Below are positions 18,246-29,962 of a stretch of DNA of 64,000 nt, piece after piece. The stretch is from an uncultured Clostridia bacterium (GTDB taxonomy: Bacteria; Bacillota; Clostridia; TANB77; CAG-508): contig CAKPNF010000001.1 in assembly GCA_934168305.1 (NCBI GenBank), positions 69,923-133,922 on the forward strand. Reading direction: 5' to 3'. How positions within the stretch are numbered: position 1 is the stretch's first letter; every line of letters starts with the position of its first letter. The notes beneath the pieces were generated by a model, which searched no databases, was not told the origin of the DNA, and saw only the letters and a program-made list of their open reading frames with translations. A program made the position numbers and the translations under genes.

Positions 18246-19943
18246 ATGAAAACAAAAGAAAATGGTGTAACGTTAATAGCATTAGTAATTACAATAATAT
18301 TAATCCTTATTTTAGCTTCTTTAGGAACGACAATAGGAACTGAAACAATCAATTCAACAGCATTTACACAATTTAAAGCTGAACTTAAAATAATGCAAGA
18401 TAAGGTAAATGAGTTGAATCAAGAAAATAAGATTGAAAATGGAAGAGATTTAACAAAAGATGAACAAGAAAAAATTTTTAATAATCAAGAAACATCAGAC
18501 ATATCAGACATTATATTTAATAGCGTAACAACAGATGAAGAAAAAAATAATATAAAAAATGGATTTAAGTATTTAACAAAAGATAATATAAGTGAAAAAT
18601 TTGGGTTAGATAGTATTAAAAGGGATTATATTATAAATGTTGAGTATAGATATGTTATTTTTCCGTACGGATTTGAATATGAAGGAAAAAAATATTATAT
18701 GATAGATCAAATTGATGGTGAAATATATAATGTTCGTTATCATAATAAAAATGATAAATACGGTGGAAATGGTGAAAATGGAAAAAATTTTAATGTAAAT
18801 GTGACAAATGAAAAAAATAGAAGCAAAATTGAGATTACTAATATCAACTATAATGGATATGTAGATAAATGGCAGGTTAAATATAGACTTGAAGGAAATT
18901 CTTATTGGGAAACAAGTAATGATTTAACTTTTTATATAAAAAAAGAAGGAACATATACTATAAAAGTTGTACATGGAGATGAAATAGATTTAGGAGAGCA
19001 GAAAATAATGGTATTATATGATGGAACAATATCAGAAAAAGTTAGAAACGATGTAATAAAAATAGGGGATTATGTAAATTACACACCAGATGCAGTAAGC
19101 ACAACAGACGAAAAATATACAAATCTAATTTCAGAATTAGGAACTTATTCAGGAAGTACAGAAAATAATACAAGCACATTAATACAAGAAAATTTAAATT
19201 GGAGAGTATTGGATGTCGTAGATGGAGAAGTAAGATTAATAAGTGAAGTGCCAACAACAAGCGTAATAAAACTGTACGGGTATAATGGATATAATAATGC
19301 TGTTTATTTAATAGATAAAGCTTGTAGTACACTATATAGTAAGTCTGGATATATAGATAAGGTTCAAAATTTAAAAATAGAAGATTTAGAAAAGTATATG
19401 AAAAAAATTCCAGCAAAAGATGAATTACCATATTCACCACCTAGTCCAAGCACATATTACCCTAGCATATTAATACAAGAGAAAAATCAAACAGTAATAC
19501 CAGATGACGATACAATTCAATCTGAAACTATATTGGACCTAAGCGAACAAACAGAACCAATAAATCAAACAAAAGCAAAGAAAGTAAACTCTTGGAAAAT
19601 AAAGAAAACAAATTATTGGGTTTTATCTTCAAAAGTAGAAGATTTTAAACAAACTGAATATTATAATTTATTTATATTAAATGAAGAAAAAAACAATTAC
19701 TACACATCATATTGGATGTCATCACGTTGTGTGAATTGTGATTCGGATAATGCTGCATTTAGAGTACGTTGTATAAATTCTGGTGATATAAAAGCCGAAG
19801 CAACTTATGGATCACTTAATAATTCATTCACACTTACAAAATCCTTTAGACCTATTATAACTTTAAATTCAGATGTACAAATAGATGCAACAAACACAGA
19901 AAAAGACGGAACAACAGCTGCCAATGCATACATATTAAAATAA
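18246..19943 (+). CDS. large protein with type IV prepilin-like N-terminal signal (pseudopilin/minor-pilin-like), orphan
   Basis: 565 aa. MKTKENG|VTLIALVITIILILIL resembles a class III signal (G-1, hydrophobic +1..+20, no E+5). The remainder is Thr/Asn/Tyr-rich and beta-like. No pilB/C/D genes nearby. Confidence 0.45.
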   Translation: MKTKENGVTLIALVITIILILILASLGTTIGTETINSTAFTQFKAELKIMQDKVNELNQENKIENGRDLTKDEQEKIFNNQETSDISDIIFNSVTTDEEKNNIKNGFKYLTKDNISEKFGLDSIKRDYIINVEYRYVIFPYGFEYEGKKYYMIDQIDGEIYNVRYHNKNDKYGGNGENGKNFNVNVTNEKNRSKIEITNINYNGYVDKWQVKYRLEGNSYWETSNDLTFYIKKEGTYTIKVVHGDEIDLGEQKIMVLYDGTISEKVRNDVIKIGDYVNYTPDAVSTTDEKYTNLISELGTYSGSTENNTSTLIQENLNWRVLDVVDGEVRLISEVPTTSVIKLYGYNGYNNAVYLIDKACSTLYSKSGYIDKVQNLKIEDLEKYMKKIPAKDELPYSPPSPSTYYPSILIQEKNQTVIPDDDTIQSETILDLSEQTEPINQTKAKKVNSWKIKKTNYWVLSSKVEDFKQTEYYNLFILNEEKNNYYTSYWMSSRCVNCDSDNAAFRVRCINSGDIKAEATYGSLNNSFTLTKSFRPIITLNSDVQIDATNTEKDGTTAANAYILK

Positions 19944-20096
19944 AAACTACATATTTTATATGGTTTTATACTTAAAAGAAAAATATTACAAAATAGGAAC
20001 AATATTACAGAACTGTTAAATATATATTACAATTCTATTAATTCTATTGACATTATACAAAAAAAGAATAAAATTATAATATAGGAGAAAAGCAAA

Positions 20097-20654
20097 ATGA
20101 GAATAATAAGTGGAACTGCAAGAGGAACAAAATTATATACATTAGAAGGACAAATAACTAGACCAACATTAGACAGAGTTAAAGAATCCTTATTTAATAT
20201 AATTCAAAATGATATAGCTAATTCAATATTTTTAGATTTATTTTCTGGAAGTGGAGCAATAGGATTAGAAGCAGCAAGTAGAGGTGCTAAAAAAGTAATT
20301 CTATGTGATAAATCAAAAGAAGCCATTAAAATAATAGAAAAAAATATTGAAAAAACACACTTAAATAAAAAAGTAGAATTATACAACATAGATTATGAAG
20401 CGTTAATAAAAACAAAAATAAAAGAAAAAATAGATATTGTATATATAGATCCACCATACAATTCAGATTTTGCAATTAAATCAATTAAATATATTATTGA
20501 AAAAGAATTGATTGATGAAAATTCTAACATAATTATAGAAACAGACGATGATAAAAAAGTGTTAGAAAATCTGAAAAATATAGAGGTTGAAATAACAGAT
20601 AAAAGAAAATATGGACGAGCAATCTTGATATTTTTAAAAATTAGAAAGGGGTAA
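20097..20654 (+). CDS. rsmD: 16S rRNA (guanine966-N2)-methyltransferase
   Basis: 185 aa. RIISGTARGTKL, LDLFSGSGAIGLEA, IDPPYN motifs. Confidence 0.85.
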   Translation: MRIISGTARGTKLYTLEGQITRPTLDRVKESLFNIIQNDIANSIFLDLFSGSGAIGLEAASRGAKKVILCDKSKEAIKIIEKNIEKTHLNKKVELYNIDYEALIKTKIKEKIDIVYIDPPYNSDFAIKSIKYIIEKELIDENSNIIIETDDDKKVLENLKNIEVEITDKRKYGRAILIFLKIRKG

Positions 20655-20658
20655 AACC

Positions 20659-21162
20659 ATGGAAATATTTGAACTATTAGAGTCTCTTGAAGATATAATA
20701 GAAAGAAGTAGAAATCTACCATTTTCTGCAAAAGGAGTAGTAGACAAAGACGAAATTTTAGATTTAATAAAAGAAATAAGATTAAAACTTCCTGATGAAC
20801 TTAAACAAGCAAAATGGGTGAAAGAAGAAAGACAACGTATATTAGTTGAAGCACAAAAAGAAGCAGATGGAATAGTAAAAGAGGCTGAAAATAGAATAAT
20901 TTCAATGATAGACGAACATGAAATAACAAGAAAAGCATATGAACAGAAAAAAGAAATAATAGAAAGTGCCAACGAAAGGTCAAGAGAAATTTCAAATGGA
21001 ACAAAAGAATATGCTGATGAATTATTAGCACATACAGAAGAAGTATTAAATCAAACATTAGGCGGATTAGAGAAAAACATTTCGGAAGCTTTAAAATTAA
21101 TGGAAATATCAATTGAAGATACTTTAAAAACAGTACAAAATAGTAGAAAAGAACTAAATTAA
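20659..21162 (+). CDS. hypothetical coiled-coil protein
   Basis: 167 aa, E/K-rich helical. No catalytic motif. Confidence 0.35.
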   Translation: MEIFELLESLEDIIERSRNLPFSAKGVVDKDEILDLIKEIRLKLPDELKQAKWVKEERQRILVEAQKEADGIVKEAENRIISMIDEHEITRKAYEQKKEIIESANERSREISNGTKEYADELLAHTEEVLNQTLGGLEKNISEALKLMEISIEDTLKTVQNSRKELN

Positions 21163-21224
21163 AATATTCAAGGAGGGAAACGGAGGAAGGTCTATTCTCT
21201 CCTTGTATTTTTGGAGGAAATAAT

Positions 21225-23661
21225 ATGGCAAAGAGAAAATATAAAAAAAGAAAAGCAACCAAAACAACAAAAAAAAGAGCATCAAATATAGATTTAACAA
21301 TTGTAGCATTAATAATATTAAGTATTCTATTAGGAGTATTAATTTATGGAAAATCAGGAGTCATTGGAATAAAGTTAAACGAAATTTTAGGTGGAATGAT
21401 GGGAATTATAAAATATGTTCTACCTATAGGAATATTCGCAATTGCAATTAAAATAGCATGCGTGGACAATGAATATATATCTTCAAAATTGATTCAATAT
21501 ACAATATTATTAATAAGTTTTTCAGTGTTAATGAGTGTATATCAAATAAATACAGGAGAATTAACAATATTAGATAAAGATTTATCAACGGTTGTTAAAG
21601 ATGCATATAATTTACGGAGCACAAGGAAATGGTGGAGGAGCACTTGGGGCTATTATTGCAACACCATTAGTTAATCTTTTAGGGAAAATAGGTGCAGCTA
21701 TACTATGTATAGGTGTGGTTATAATGTTTGCAGTATTTACATTCGGAATAAATATGTCAGAAATTATAAATAATATAGTAGAAAAATCTGAAGAAAACAG
21801 GGAAGAAAGATTAGAAAGAAAACAAAAATTAAAAGAAGAACAATATAAAGCAAGACAAGAAACTATTGAAAATAGAAAAAAAGAGAAAAGTCAAAGAGAA
21901 TTAATGAAAACAGCTGCAAGACAAGAAGCATTAGAAGATGACAATATAGGAGAACAAATTAAAATTAATTTTGGTGGAAGAATTTTAGATGATGATGATT
22001 CTAAAAAAAGAAAGAAATATGATCATAAAGATGATGATTTAACACCTTTAACTAAAGAAACTAAAAAAGCACAAGACATACAACCAGACGTTATAGAAAA
22101 CAATCTATTTAGACAAGAAGAAGAGAAAAAAGAAGAAAAAACAAAAGAAGTATTACAATTAGAACATGCTATGATAGTTGAAGATGAAAATTATGAATAC
22201 CCACCAGTTGAATTATTAGGAAAAACACCTAAAAAAGGATTAAAAGGTGGAGCAAAAGCACTAACTGATACTGCAACAAAATTACAGAAAACACTATATA
22301 GTTTTGGTGTGTCAGCAAAAGTAGAAAATGTATCAGTTGGTCCAGCGATAACAAGATATGAATTAAAACCAGCTGAAGGTGTAAGAGTAAGCAAAATTGC
22401 AAATCTGGCAGATGATATAGCTTTAAATTTAGCTGCTGAGACAATAAGAATAGAAGCTCCGATTCCTGGAAAACAAGCAGTTGGAATAGAAGTTCCAAAC
22501 AAAGAAAAAGAAGCAGTACATTTAAGAGAAGTGCTAGAAAGTGAAGAATTTAGAAACAATAAATCTAAACTAACAGTAGCACTTGGCAAAGACGTTGCAG
22601 GAAATATACAATTAGCTGATATAGCAAAGATGCCTCATGTCTTGATTGCAGGTTCAACAGGTTCAGGAAAAAGTGTATGTATAAATACAATAATAACAAG
22701 TATAATTTATAATGCAAAACCAAGTGAAGTAAAAATGGTAATGGTAGACCCTAAAGTAGTAGAATTATCGGTATATAACGGAATACCACATTTATTAATA
22801 CCTGTTGTAACTGACCCTAAAAAAGCAGCAGGGGCATTAGCTTGGGCTGTACAAGAAATGGATAATAGATACAATTTATTTGCAAGTAAAGGTGTAAGAG
22901 ATATAAAAGGATACAACAAAGCAATTGAAAAAGAAGAAGGAATGGGTAAATTACCACAAATAGTAATAATAGTTGATGAGTTAGCAGATTTAATGATGGT
23001 TGCTGCAAAGGATGTAGAAGAAGCTATATGTAGACTAGCACAAAAAGCAAGAGCAGCTGGAATGCACCTTGTAATTGCAACACAAAGACCATCAGTAGAT
23101 GTTATTACAGGACTTATTAAAGCAAATGTACCATCAAGAATAGCATTTGCTGTATCATCACAAGTAGATTCAAGAACAATATTAGATTCAGTTGGTGCTG
23201 AAAAATTATTAGGAAAAGGTGATATGCTATTTTTTCCAACAGGAGCACCAAAACCAGTCAGAGTACAAGGAGCATTTGTATCTGACGAAGAAGTAGAGAA
23301 AATAGTAGGGTTTGTAAAACAAAATGGAACAGCAAATTATAGTGAAGATATATTAGAAACAATAGAAAATAGTAATAAAACAGAAAAAGAACTTATCCAA
23401 GAACAAGCAGAGGATGATGACACAGACCCATTTTTAATGGATGCAATAGATGCAGTGGTAGAACAAGGAACAGCTTCAACATCATTTATTCAAAGAAGAT
23501 TTAAAGTAGGATATGCAAGAGCTGGAAGAATAATAGATCAAATGGAAGAAAGAGGCATCATCTCTGGATATCAAGGAAGTAAACCAAGAGAAGTTTTAAT
23601 TACTAAAGATAGATTAGAAGAATTAAAAATGGGAACAGACGTACAAGAAACAGAAGAGTAA
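21225..23661 (+). CDS. ftsK: DNA translocase FtsK/SpoIIIE, interrupted by an apparent +1 frameshift near 21600-21630
   Basis: The 149-aa N-terminal membrane-domain ORF (21225-21674) and the 689-aa ORF (21592-23661) overlap in adjacent frames. The second ORF carries GAQGNGGGALG, Walker A AGSTGSGKS, and the C-terminal gamma wHTH. Confidence 0.8.
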
Positions 23662-23709
23662 AAATATGTAATGGATAACAATGAACGAAAATAAGTGAAA
23701 GGAGAGTAT

Positions 23710-25278
23710 ATGCAAAGAAAGAAAAAAAATCTACTAGAAAAAATCGTTAAAAAAGATTACAATAATGAGTTAGAAAAAATTTTAGAAGAAAAACAGTTTG
23801 ACGAAAATGTAAAAAATACTCTCCTAGGTATTTTATATAAAATAGAAGCAGCATATAAAGATTTAGAAACAGTAAAAAAAGACATAGAAACTAAAGAAGA
23901 ATATATATCAAATATACTAGATATTATGAAAAATGATTGTGATTCAATCAAAATAATTAAGATGAATGATGAAGAAAATAAAATACCTCAAAATAAAACA
24001 TATTTAATAAACAAAGAAAAAAAAGAAATAATAGCATATCCAATTGAAAGAAAATTATTATATTCAATAGCCAAAATAGGAAAAAAAGACAAAATAGTAA
24101 AGGATGATTATTTTATAATTAACAAAACGCTATCAGAATTAATAAATGTAGGAGATAACATTAATATAGTAGAACCATTAAGAGACTTTAATGGATACTC
24201 ATGGACAAGCATACCACAAGAAATAGAAAGTATCGACCATAATCTTATTTACCAAAATTTAAGAATTATAGTGGGACATAAATTCTTAAATAAATGGATA
24301 AAAAATAATGAATTTATAATCGATTATTTTGATTTATTTAAAGAAATTTTAGAAGAAAAATATGGAAAAGAAAACAAAAATAAATTTATAGATATATTAT
24401 CAAAAATATCAATTTTATTAAGTATGAAATTTGATAGTATTGAAAAAGAAAAATTATTTAAAGTAAAATATGAAATCGAAGAAAAACTAGAGGAGACACA
24501 GAACAGAGAATTATTTATTGAGAATATAACAAATAAAAAAATTGATATCTCAAATAGAATTAAAAGAATAGATACTATTATTAATGACAAAGAATTGCTA
24601 AAAAAAGAATATATAAAAAGAAATGAAAATTTAGAATTGGAAAATAAAATATTTAGTATAAGAATATTATCACAAATGATGGAAAAAGAAAGAGATAAAT
24701 ATTTTAAAGAATTAGAAGAATTAAATAAATTAATAAACCCACAAAATTTTATAAAATACAAAAAGGAAATTGAAGAAAAGTATAAATATTTAAAATTACT
24801 TGATACAGAAAATATAGATGAAGAATTAGAAAAATCAAAAATTCAATTACAAAAAATATTCTTAGACTTTATAAAAGTTGATATAAAAAAAGCAGAAAAT
24901 AAACAAGAAATAGAAAAGATAATATATAATTTTAGGTATTATTTATTATTACCATATAATTATGAGAAATATATACAAAATGTAGAAAAATTACAAAAAC
25001 AAATAAATCAAGTTGGAGAATTATTAATAAATAAAGCAATAGAATTAAAAGTTATACATGAGATATCAAAAGACAAGTATACAAATTATGAAATTTTAAA
25101 AAATATATTTAATATTAGAATAATAAAATTAGAAGATTCATATTTGAAAATAACTAAGGAAAAAGACAAATATTTTGTTAAAATATTTGATGAAAATATT
25201 TTTGAAGAAAAAATAGAAATATCAAAACCAAAAGATTTAGAAATAAAACTAAACAAAAAAATACCAATATGGGAGTGA
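23710..25278 (+). CDS. hypothetical K/E-rich coiled-coil protein
   Basis: About 522 aa from ATG 23710 (RBS AAAGGAGAG). No recognisable domain. Confidence 0.35.
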   Translation: MQRKKKNLLEKIVKKDYNNELEKILEEKQFDENVKNTLLGILYKIEAAYKDLETVKKDIETKEEYISNILDIMKNDCDSIKIIKMNDEENKIPQNKTYLINKEKKEIIAYPIERKLLYSIAKIGKKDKIVKDDYFIINKTLSELINVGDNINIVEPLRDFNGYSWTSIPQEIESIDHNLIYQNLRIIVGHKFLNKWIKNNEFIIDYFDLFKEILEEKYGKENKNKFIDILSKISILLSMKFDSIEKEKLFKVKYEIEEKLEETQNRELFIENITNKKIDISNRIKRIDTIINDKELLKKEYIKRNENLELENKIFSIRILSQMMEKERDKYFKELEELNKLINPQNFIKYKKEIEEKYKYLKLLDTENIDEELEKSKIQLQKIFLDFIKVDIKKAENKQEIEKIIYNFRYYLLLPYNYEKYIQNVEKLQKQINQVGELLINKAIELKVIHEISKDKYTNYEILKNIFNIRIIKLEDSYLKITKEKDKYFVKIFDENIFEEKIEISKPKDLEIKLNKKIPIWE

Positions 25279-25324
25279 ACCAATGGGAACGTTCTTAAAT
25301 TGGTTCAAAAGAAGGAGGAAATTT

Positions 25325-26974
25325 ATGAAAATTACATTTTTAGGAGCTACAAAAACAGTAACAGGCTCTAACTATTTAATAGAAGCTGCAGGAAAAAAAT
25401 TCTTAGTTGATTGCGGAATGTGGCAAGGAAGAAAAGAACTAGAGGAAGAAAATTTTGATGAATTTGATTTTAATCCAGCAGAAATAGACTTTATGTTATT
25501 AACACATGCACATATTGACCACTCAGGAAGAATACCAAAACTATACAACGAAGGATTTAAAAATAAAATATATGCACATAAAGCAACATGTGACTTATGT
25601 GCACTAATGTTACCAGACAGTGGACACATTCAAGAAATGGAAAATGAATGGAAGAACAGAAAGAGAATGAGAAAAGGCTTAGAAGCCAGAGAGCCACTAT
25701 ATACCGCAGAACAAGCAGCAAGATGTTTGGAAATATTTGAACCAGTTCAATATGACCAAATAATAGAGATAACACCAGATATTCACGTAAGATTCAATGA
25801 TGCTGGACATATGTTAGGTTCAAGTATAATTGAATTATGGGTAAATGAAGAAGGAAAACAAACTAAAACAGTATTTACAGGAGATTTAGGAAATAATGAT
25901 ATACCATTATTAAGTGAACCAACAATGATAGAAGATGCAGATTATTTAGTAATGGAATCAACATATGGAAGTAGAAAACACATAAAAAATGACCAAAAAG
26001 CAGAAATGTTTTTGGATATAGTATCAGAAACACTCGATAACAACGGAACTGTAGTAATACCATCATTCGCAGTAGGAAGAACACAAGAAATATTATATGA
26101 ATTAAATAAAATAAAAGAAACAAAAGATGACGAAAAATTCATGAAAGAATATGAAACATTAATGAAAGCACCAGTATATGTAGACAGTCCACTTGCAATA
26201 TCAGCAACAGAAGTATTCAAAGAAAATATGAATTTATTTGATGAAGAGACACAAGAAGAAATGAAAAGAGGAGACCAACCACTTGAATTTCCAGGATTAA
26301 AATTTACTACAACAGCTGACGAATCAAAAGCTTTAAACGAAAATCCAGAGCCATGTATAATAATATCAGCAAGTGGAATGTGTGAAGTAGGAAGAATAAA
26401 ACATCATTTAAAACACAATTTATGGAATCCAAACTCAACAATACTTTTTGTTGGATATCAAGCACCAGGAACACTAGGATATAGCATTGTAAATGGTGCA
26501 AAAAAAGTAAAAATATTTGGAGAAGAAATAGCAGTAAATGCAAGAATAGAATATATAGAAGGATATTCAGGACATGCAGACCAAGATGGATTAATGAATT
26601 TTGTATATTCATTTATTAAAAAACCTAAACAAGTATTTTTAATCCATGGTGAAGAAGAATCCCAAGAAATACTTGGAGAAAAAATTGAGAATGAAGCTCA
26701 ATTACCAGTAATAATACCAAACTATGGCGAAACATATGAACTAAATGTAAACGAAGATGTTAAATTAACACATAAAATTGATAAAAAATTACCTGTTAAT
26801 ATGAAAACTGAAGTATTAAAGAGACTAGAAAAATTAAAAGACGAATTAATAGATATGGAAACATCAGTTAAAGAAGATATGAATAATAAAGATTTAAAAG
26901 ATGATGATATTTTTAGGATTAGTGAAAAAATTAAAGACTTGGAAAAACAAATTTTAAATGTAATTGAAGGATAA
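25325..26974 (+). CDS. MBL-fold beta-CASP family ribonuclease (CPSF/RNase J-like)
   Basis: HAHIDHSG metallo-beta-lactamase motif. Beta-CASP and C-terminal RNA-MBL region. Start moved to ATG 25325 after GGAGG. Confidence 0.75.
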   Translation: MKITFLGATKTVTGSNYLIEAAGKKFLVDCGMWQGRKELEEENFDEFDFNPAEIDFMLLTHAHIDHSGRIPKLYNEGFKNKIYAHKATCDLCALMLPDSGHIQEMENEWKNRKRMRKGLEAREPLYTAEQAARCLEIFEPVQYDQIIEITPDIHVRFNDAGHMLGSSIIELWVNEEGKQTKTVFTGDLGNNDIPLLSEPTMIEDADYLVMESTYGSRKHIKNDQKAEMFLDIVSETLDNNGTVVIPSFAVGRTQEILYELNKIKETKDDEKFMKEYETLMKAPVYVDSPLAISATEVFKENMNLFDEETQEEMKRGDQPLEFPGLKFTTTADESKALNENPEPCIIISASGMCEVGRIKHHLKHNLWNPNSTILFVGYQAPGTLGYSIVNGAKKVKIFGEEIAVNARIEYIEGYSGHADQDGLMNFVYSFIKKPKQVFLIHGEEESQEILGEKIENEAQLPVIIPNYGETYELNVNEDVKLTHKIDKKLPVNMKTEVLKRLEKLKDELIDMETSVKEDMNNKDLKDDDIFRISEKIKDLEKQILNVIEG

Positions 26975-26978
26975 ATAA

Positions 26979-27066
26979 GCGGGATTACGGGGCCAGGACT
27001 CAAAATCCCTCATAAATAATATATAAATATTTATAAGGGATTTTGAGTCCTGGCCCCGTAATCCCT
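26979..27066. repeat. palindromic intergenic element, locus 3 (loop variant GGGGCCAGGACTC). Inverted pair around a 24-nt spacer, followed by a T-tract.
   Basis: 26979-27011 against 27036-27066 gives 29 bp of exact complementarity. TCTTTTTT follows, so it may act as an intrinsic terminator. Confidence 0.8.
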
Positions 27067-27089
27067 TCTTTTTTAGAAAGGAAACAAAA

Positions 27090-28994
27090 ATGGAAAACAA
27101 ATACTTAAACGAAGCAATAATTGGAAATAAAAAAATGATAGCAACATTTACAAGCAAAGGGGAGATGCAAAGAATATATTTTCCAAGTAAAGATAACAAA
27201 CAATATATAAATTACTTTCATACAGGAGTAAAAGTAAATGAATCGGATTTAATATATTTGCATGAAGATATAAATAACACATACAAACAATATTATGATA
27301 CAGATACAAATATATTAAATACTGAAATTACAAATACATACTTTAATTTAAAAATACTTCAAACAGATTATTTTTTAACTAAAGAAAATGTATTATCAAA
27401 AAAATATATCTTTATAAATGATGGAGCAATAGATTTAAATACAGAATTTTATGTCCATTCAGAATTATTATCTGATTTAAATAATTTTGTTGGATGCAAA
27501 ATAGTTGATGGTGGTATGATGCAATATGCACATGACTTTGCTTTTTCAACATTTTCTAAGGGTAAAGATATTATAAAACATCAAATAAATGGAAGTATAA
27601 ACAATATAAAAAGGACAGAAATACATGACAAAGATTATATAGGAATGTCAAAAGATACTTCCATCGCATACGAAATTGGTTTAATAAAACCTGGTGAAAA
27701 GAAAGAATTACAAATATGTATATTAATTGATGAAAATAAAAATATATCAGAAATAGAAGATGAAATTGAAAGAGTTAAAAGAATCGATTTTGAAAAAGAA
27801 TATATAAATACAAAAACATACTGGAGAAAATATGTAAAAAATCATAATGGGCTTAAATTAAAAGAACCAGAGACAGCATATGAAGAAAGAATTTATGAGA
27901 TATATAAAAGAAGTATATTACTATTCCCACTATTAACAAATGCTGAGACAGGTGCAATCATTGCCTCACCTGAGATCGATGAAAATTTCACAAAATGCGG
28001 ACGATATGCATATTGTTGGCCAAGAGATGCTGTTTTTACGACCAAAGCTATGGATATATTAAAAATGAACAAAGAAACAGAAAAGTTTTATAAAGTCTTT
28101 TGTAAAAAAACTCAAAGCAAAAATGGAATGTGGGAACAACGTTTTTACACAGATGGAAAATTAGCTCCATGTTGGGGATATCAAATAGATGAAACATCAA
28201 GCGTTGTTTATGGTGTACATGAACATTATAAGTATTCTAAATCAGAAAAATTTTTAAAAGATAATTTACAAATGTGCGAAAAAGCGATTGATTTCTTAAA
28301 AAGATATGTAAAAGATATATTTGAAAAAACCAATAAATATCATGTGAGCTATGATTTATGGGAAATGTCTGAAGGTATACACTTATATTCACTAGCAAGC
28401 ATTTATGCTGCATTTGAATGCATATTAAAAATATATAGTATATTAGGAAATGACGTATCAGAGTTTGAAAACAATAGATTAAAACAAGAAAAAGTTGAAA
28501 AAAATAAAAAAGAAATAGAAAAATTACAACTTGAGATTAAAAAATTTATCAATAAATATTTATATGATGAAGAAAAGAAATCATATATTAGAAATACTGA
28601 AGATAAAAAAATGGACATAAGCATAATTGGTTCAGTTACTCCATTTGAAGTGTTTAAACCAAAAGAAAATAAAATTCAAAACACTGTTGAGAGAATAAAT
28701 TTAAGTTTAAGAACTTATACTGGTGGATATCAAAGATTTGAAAACGATAATTATATGAATGGAAATCCATGGCCAATTGCTAATCTTTGGATGACATTAT
28801 ATTATTTAGAAACTGGTGAAAAAAAGAAAGCAAAAGAAACATTTGATTTTGTAATAAAGACAGTAGGAAAGCACAATTTATTGGGAGAACAGATAGACAA
28901 TAATACGTTAAAACCTAACTGGGTAATAGGACTTGGATGGTCACATGCAATGTTTATTATAGTGCTAGAAAAATTATATGGGAGAGAAGCATGA
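27090..28994 (+). CDS. glycoside hydrolase family 15 protein (glucoamylase/glucodextranase-like)
   Basis: 634 aa. YCWPRDAVFT and (alpha/alpha)6 GH15 signatures. Confidence 0.75.
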   Translation: MENKYLNEAIIGNKKMIATFTSKGEMQRIYFPSKDNKQYINYFHTGVKVNESDLIYLHEDINNTYKQYYDTDTNILNTEITNTYFNLKILQTDYFLTKENVLSKKYIFINDGAIDLNTEFYVHSELLSDLNNFVGCKIVDGGMMQYAHDFAFSTFSKGKDIIKHQINGSINNIKRTEIHDKDYIGMSKDTSIAYEIGLIKPGEKKELQICILIDENKNISEIEDEIERVKRIDFEKEYINTKTYWRKYVKNHNGLKLKEPETAYEERIYEIYKRSILLFPLLTNAETGAIIASPEIDENFTKCGRYAYCWPRDAVFTTKAMDILKMNKETEKFYKVFCKKTQSKNGMWEQRFYTDGKLAPCWGYQIDETSSVVYGVHEHYKYSKSEKFLKDNLQMCEKAIDFLKRYVKDIFEKTNKYHVSYDLWEMSEGIHLYSLASIYAAFECILKIYSILGNDVSEFENNRLKQEKVEKNKKEIEKLQLEIKKFINKYLYDEEKKSYIRNTEDKKMDISIIGSVTPFEVFKPKENKIQNTVERINLSLRTYTGGYQRFENDNYMNGNPWPIANLWMTLYYLETGEKKKAKETFDFVIKTVGKHNLLGEQIDNNTLKPNWVIGLGWSHAMFIIVLEKLYGREA

Positions 28995-29962
28995 ATAAAT
29001 ATGAGAAAAAAAATATAATAAAGACTATAACTTTTATAAATATATTATTGATTGTATTACTTTTCTTAATAAACGTACTAGCTAAAATAATATATAAATT
29101 CAATAATTTTAGTATATTTTTAATAGGTTGTGTTGCTTTAATATTGGGTGAAATTATACTAGGTATATTCTTCTATGTTATAAAAAAAGGAATGAGTATA
29201 TTTAAAATACTTCAAAATAAAGAAAATACTATAAATGTTAAAGAATATTTTAGAGACATATCAGAAGAATATTCTCCAGCAATAGTATCTAGAATTTTAG
29301 ATATGAATACAGAACCCAAAAAAGATTATAATTCTGTTATTTTGTATTTATGCGTTAAAGGCTATATAAGTATAAAAAAAGAAAATGAAGATATAAAATT
29401 TGAATTACAAGATAAAAATACAGACAATCTAGAATTACATGAAAAATATGTAATAGATTGTTTGTTTAAAGGAAAAAAATTTGATGAATTTTATTTTTCT
29501 GAATTAGTTCAAAATGATGCTATTAAATTAGGGTTAATACAGGATAAAAAAAATAAAATACACTTATTAAGAAATCTTAGTATAATTATAATTGGACTAA
29601 TAATATTATTGGGGTTATTAGAAAAAAATTATAATCCGATTTTTAATGTAATATGCTACATATTAATATTTGCACTATTTATTTTGTGTTGTAGCATGGT
29701 TTTCTCTGGAATACTTACATTATCAAATAATAATAAAAACAACAATAAACGAACATTAAAAGGATATGAAGAAGCCAAAAAATGGAGTGCATTTAAGAAT
29801 TATGTAAGAGATTATACTTTAATAAAAGATAGAAATATAGAATATATAGAAATATTAAATATGTATATACCTTATTCACTTGCACTAGGAGAAGCAAAAA
29901 TAATAGAAAAATATATATGCCAAAATGAAAATTATAAATCATTTATATATAAATATTTTTAA
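28992..29962 (+). CDS. hypothetical membrane protein
   Basis: Start at ATG 28992 (MNKYEKKNIIK), which overlaps the GH15 stop. Several TM helices. Confidence 0.4.
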
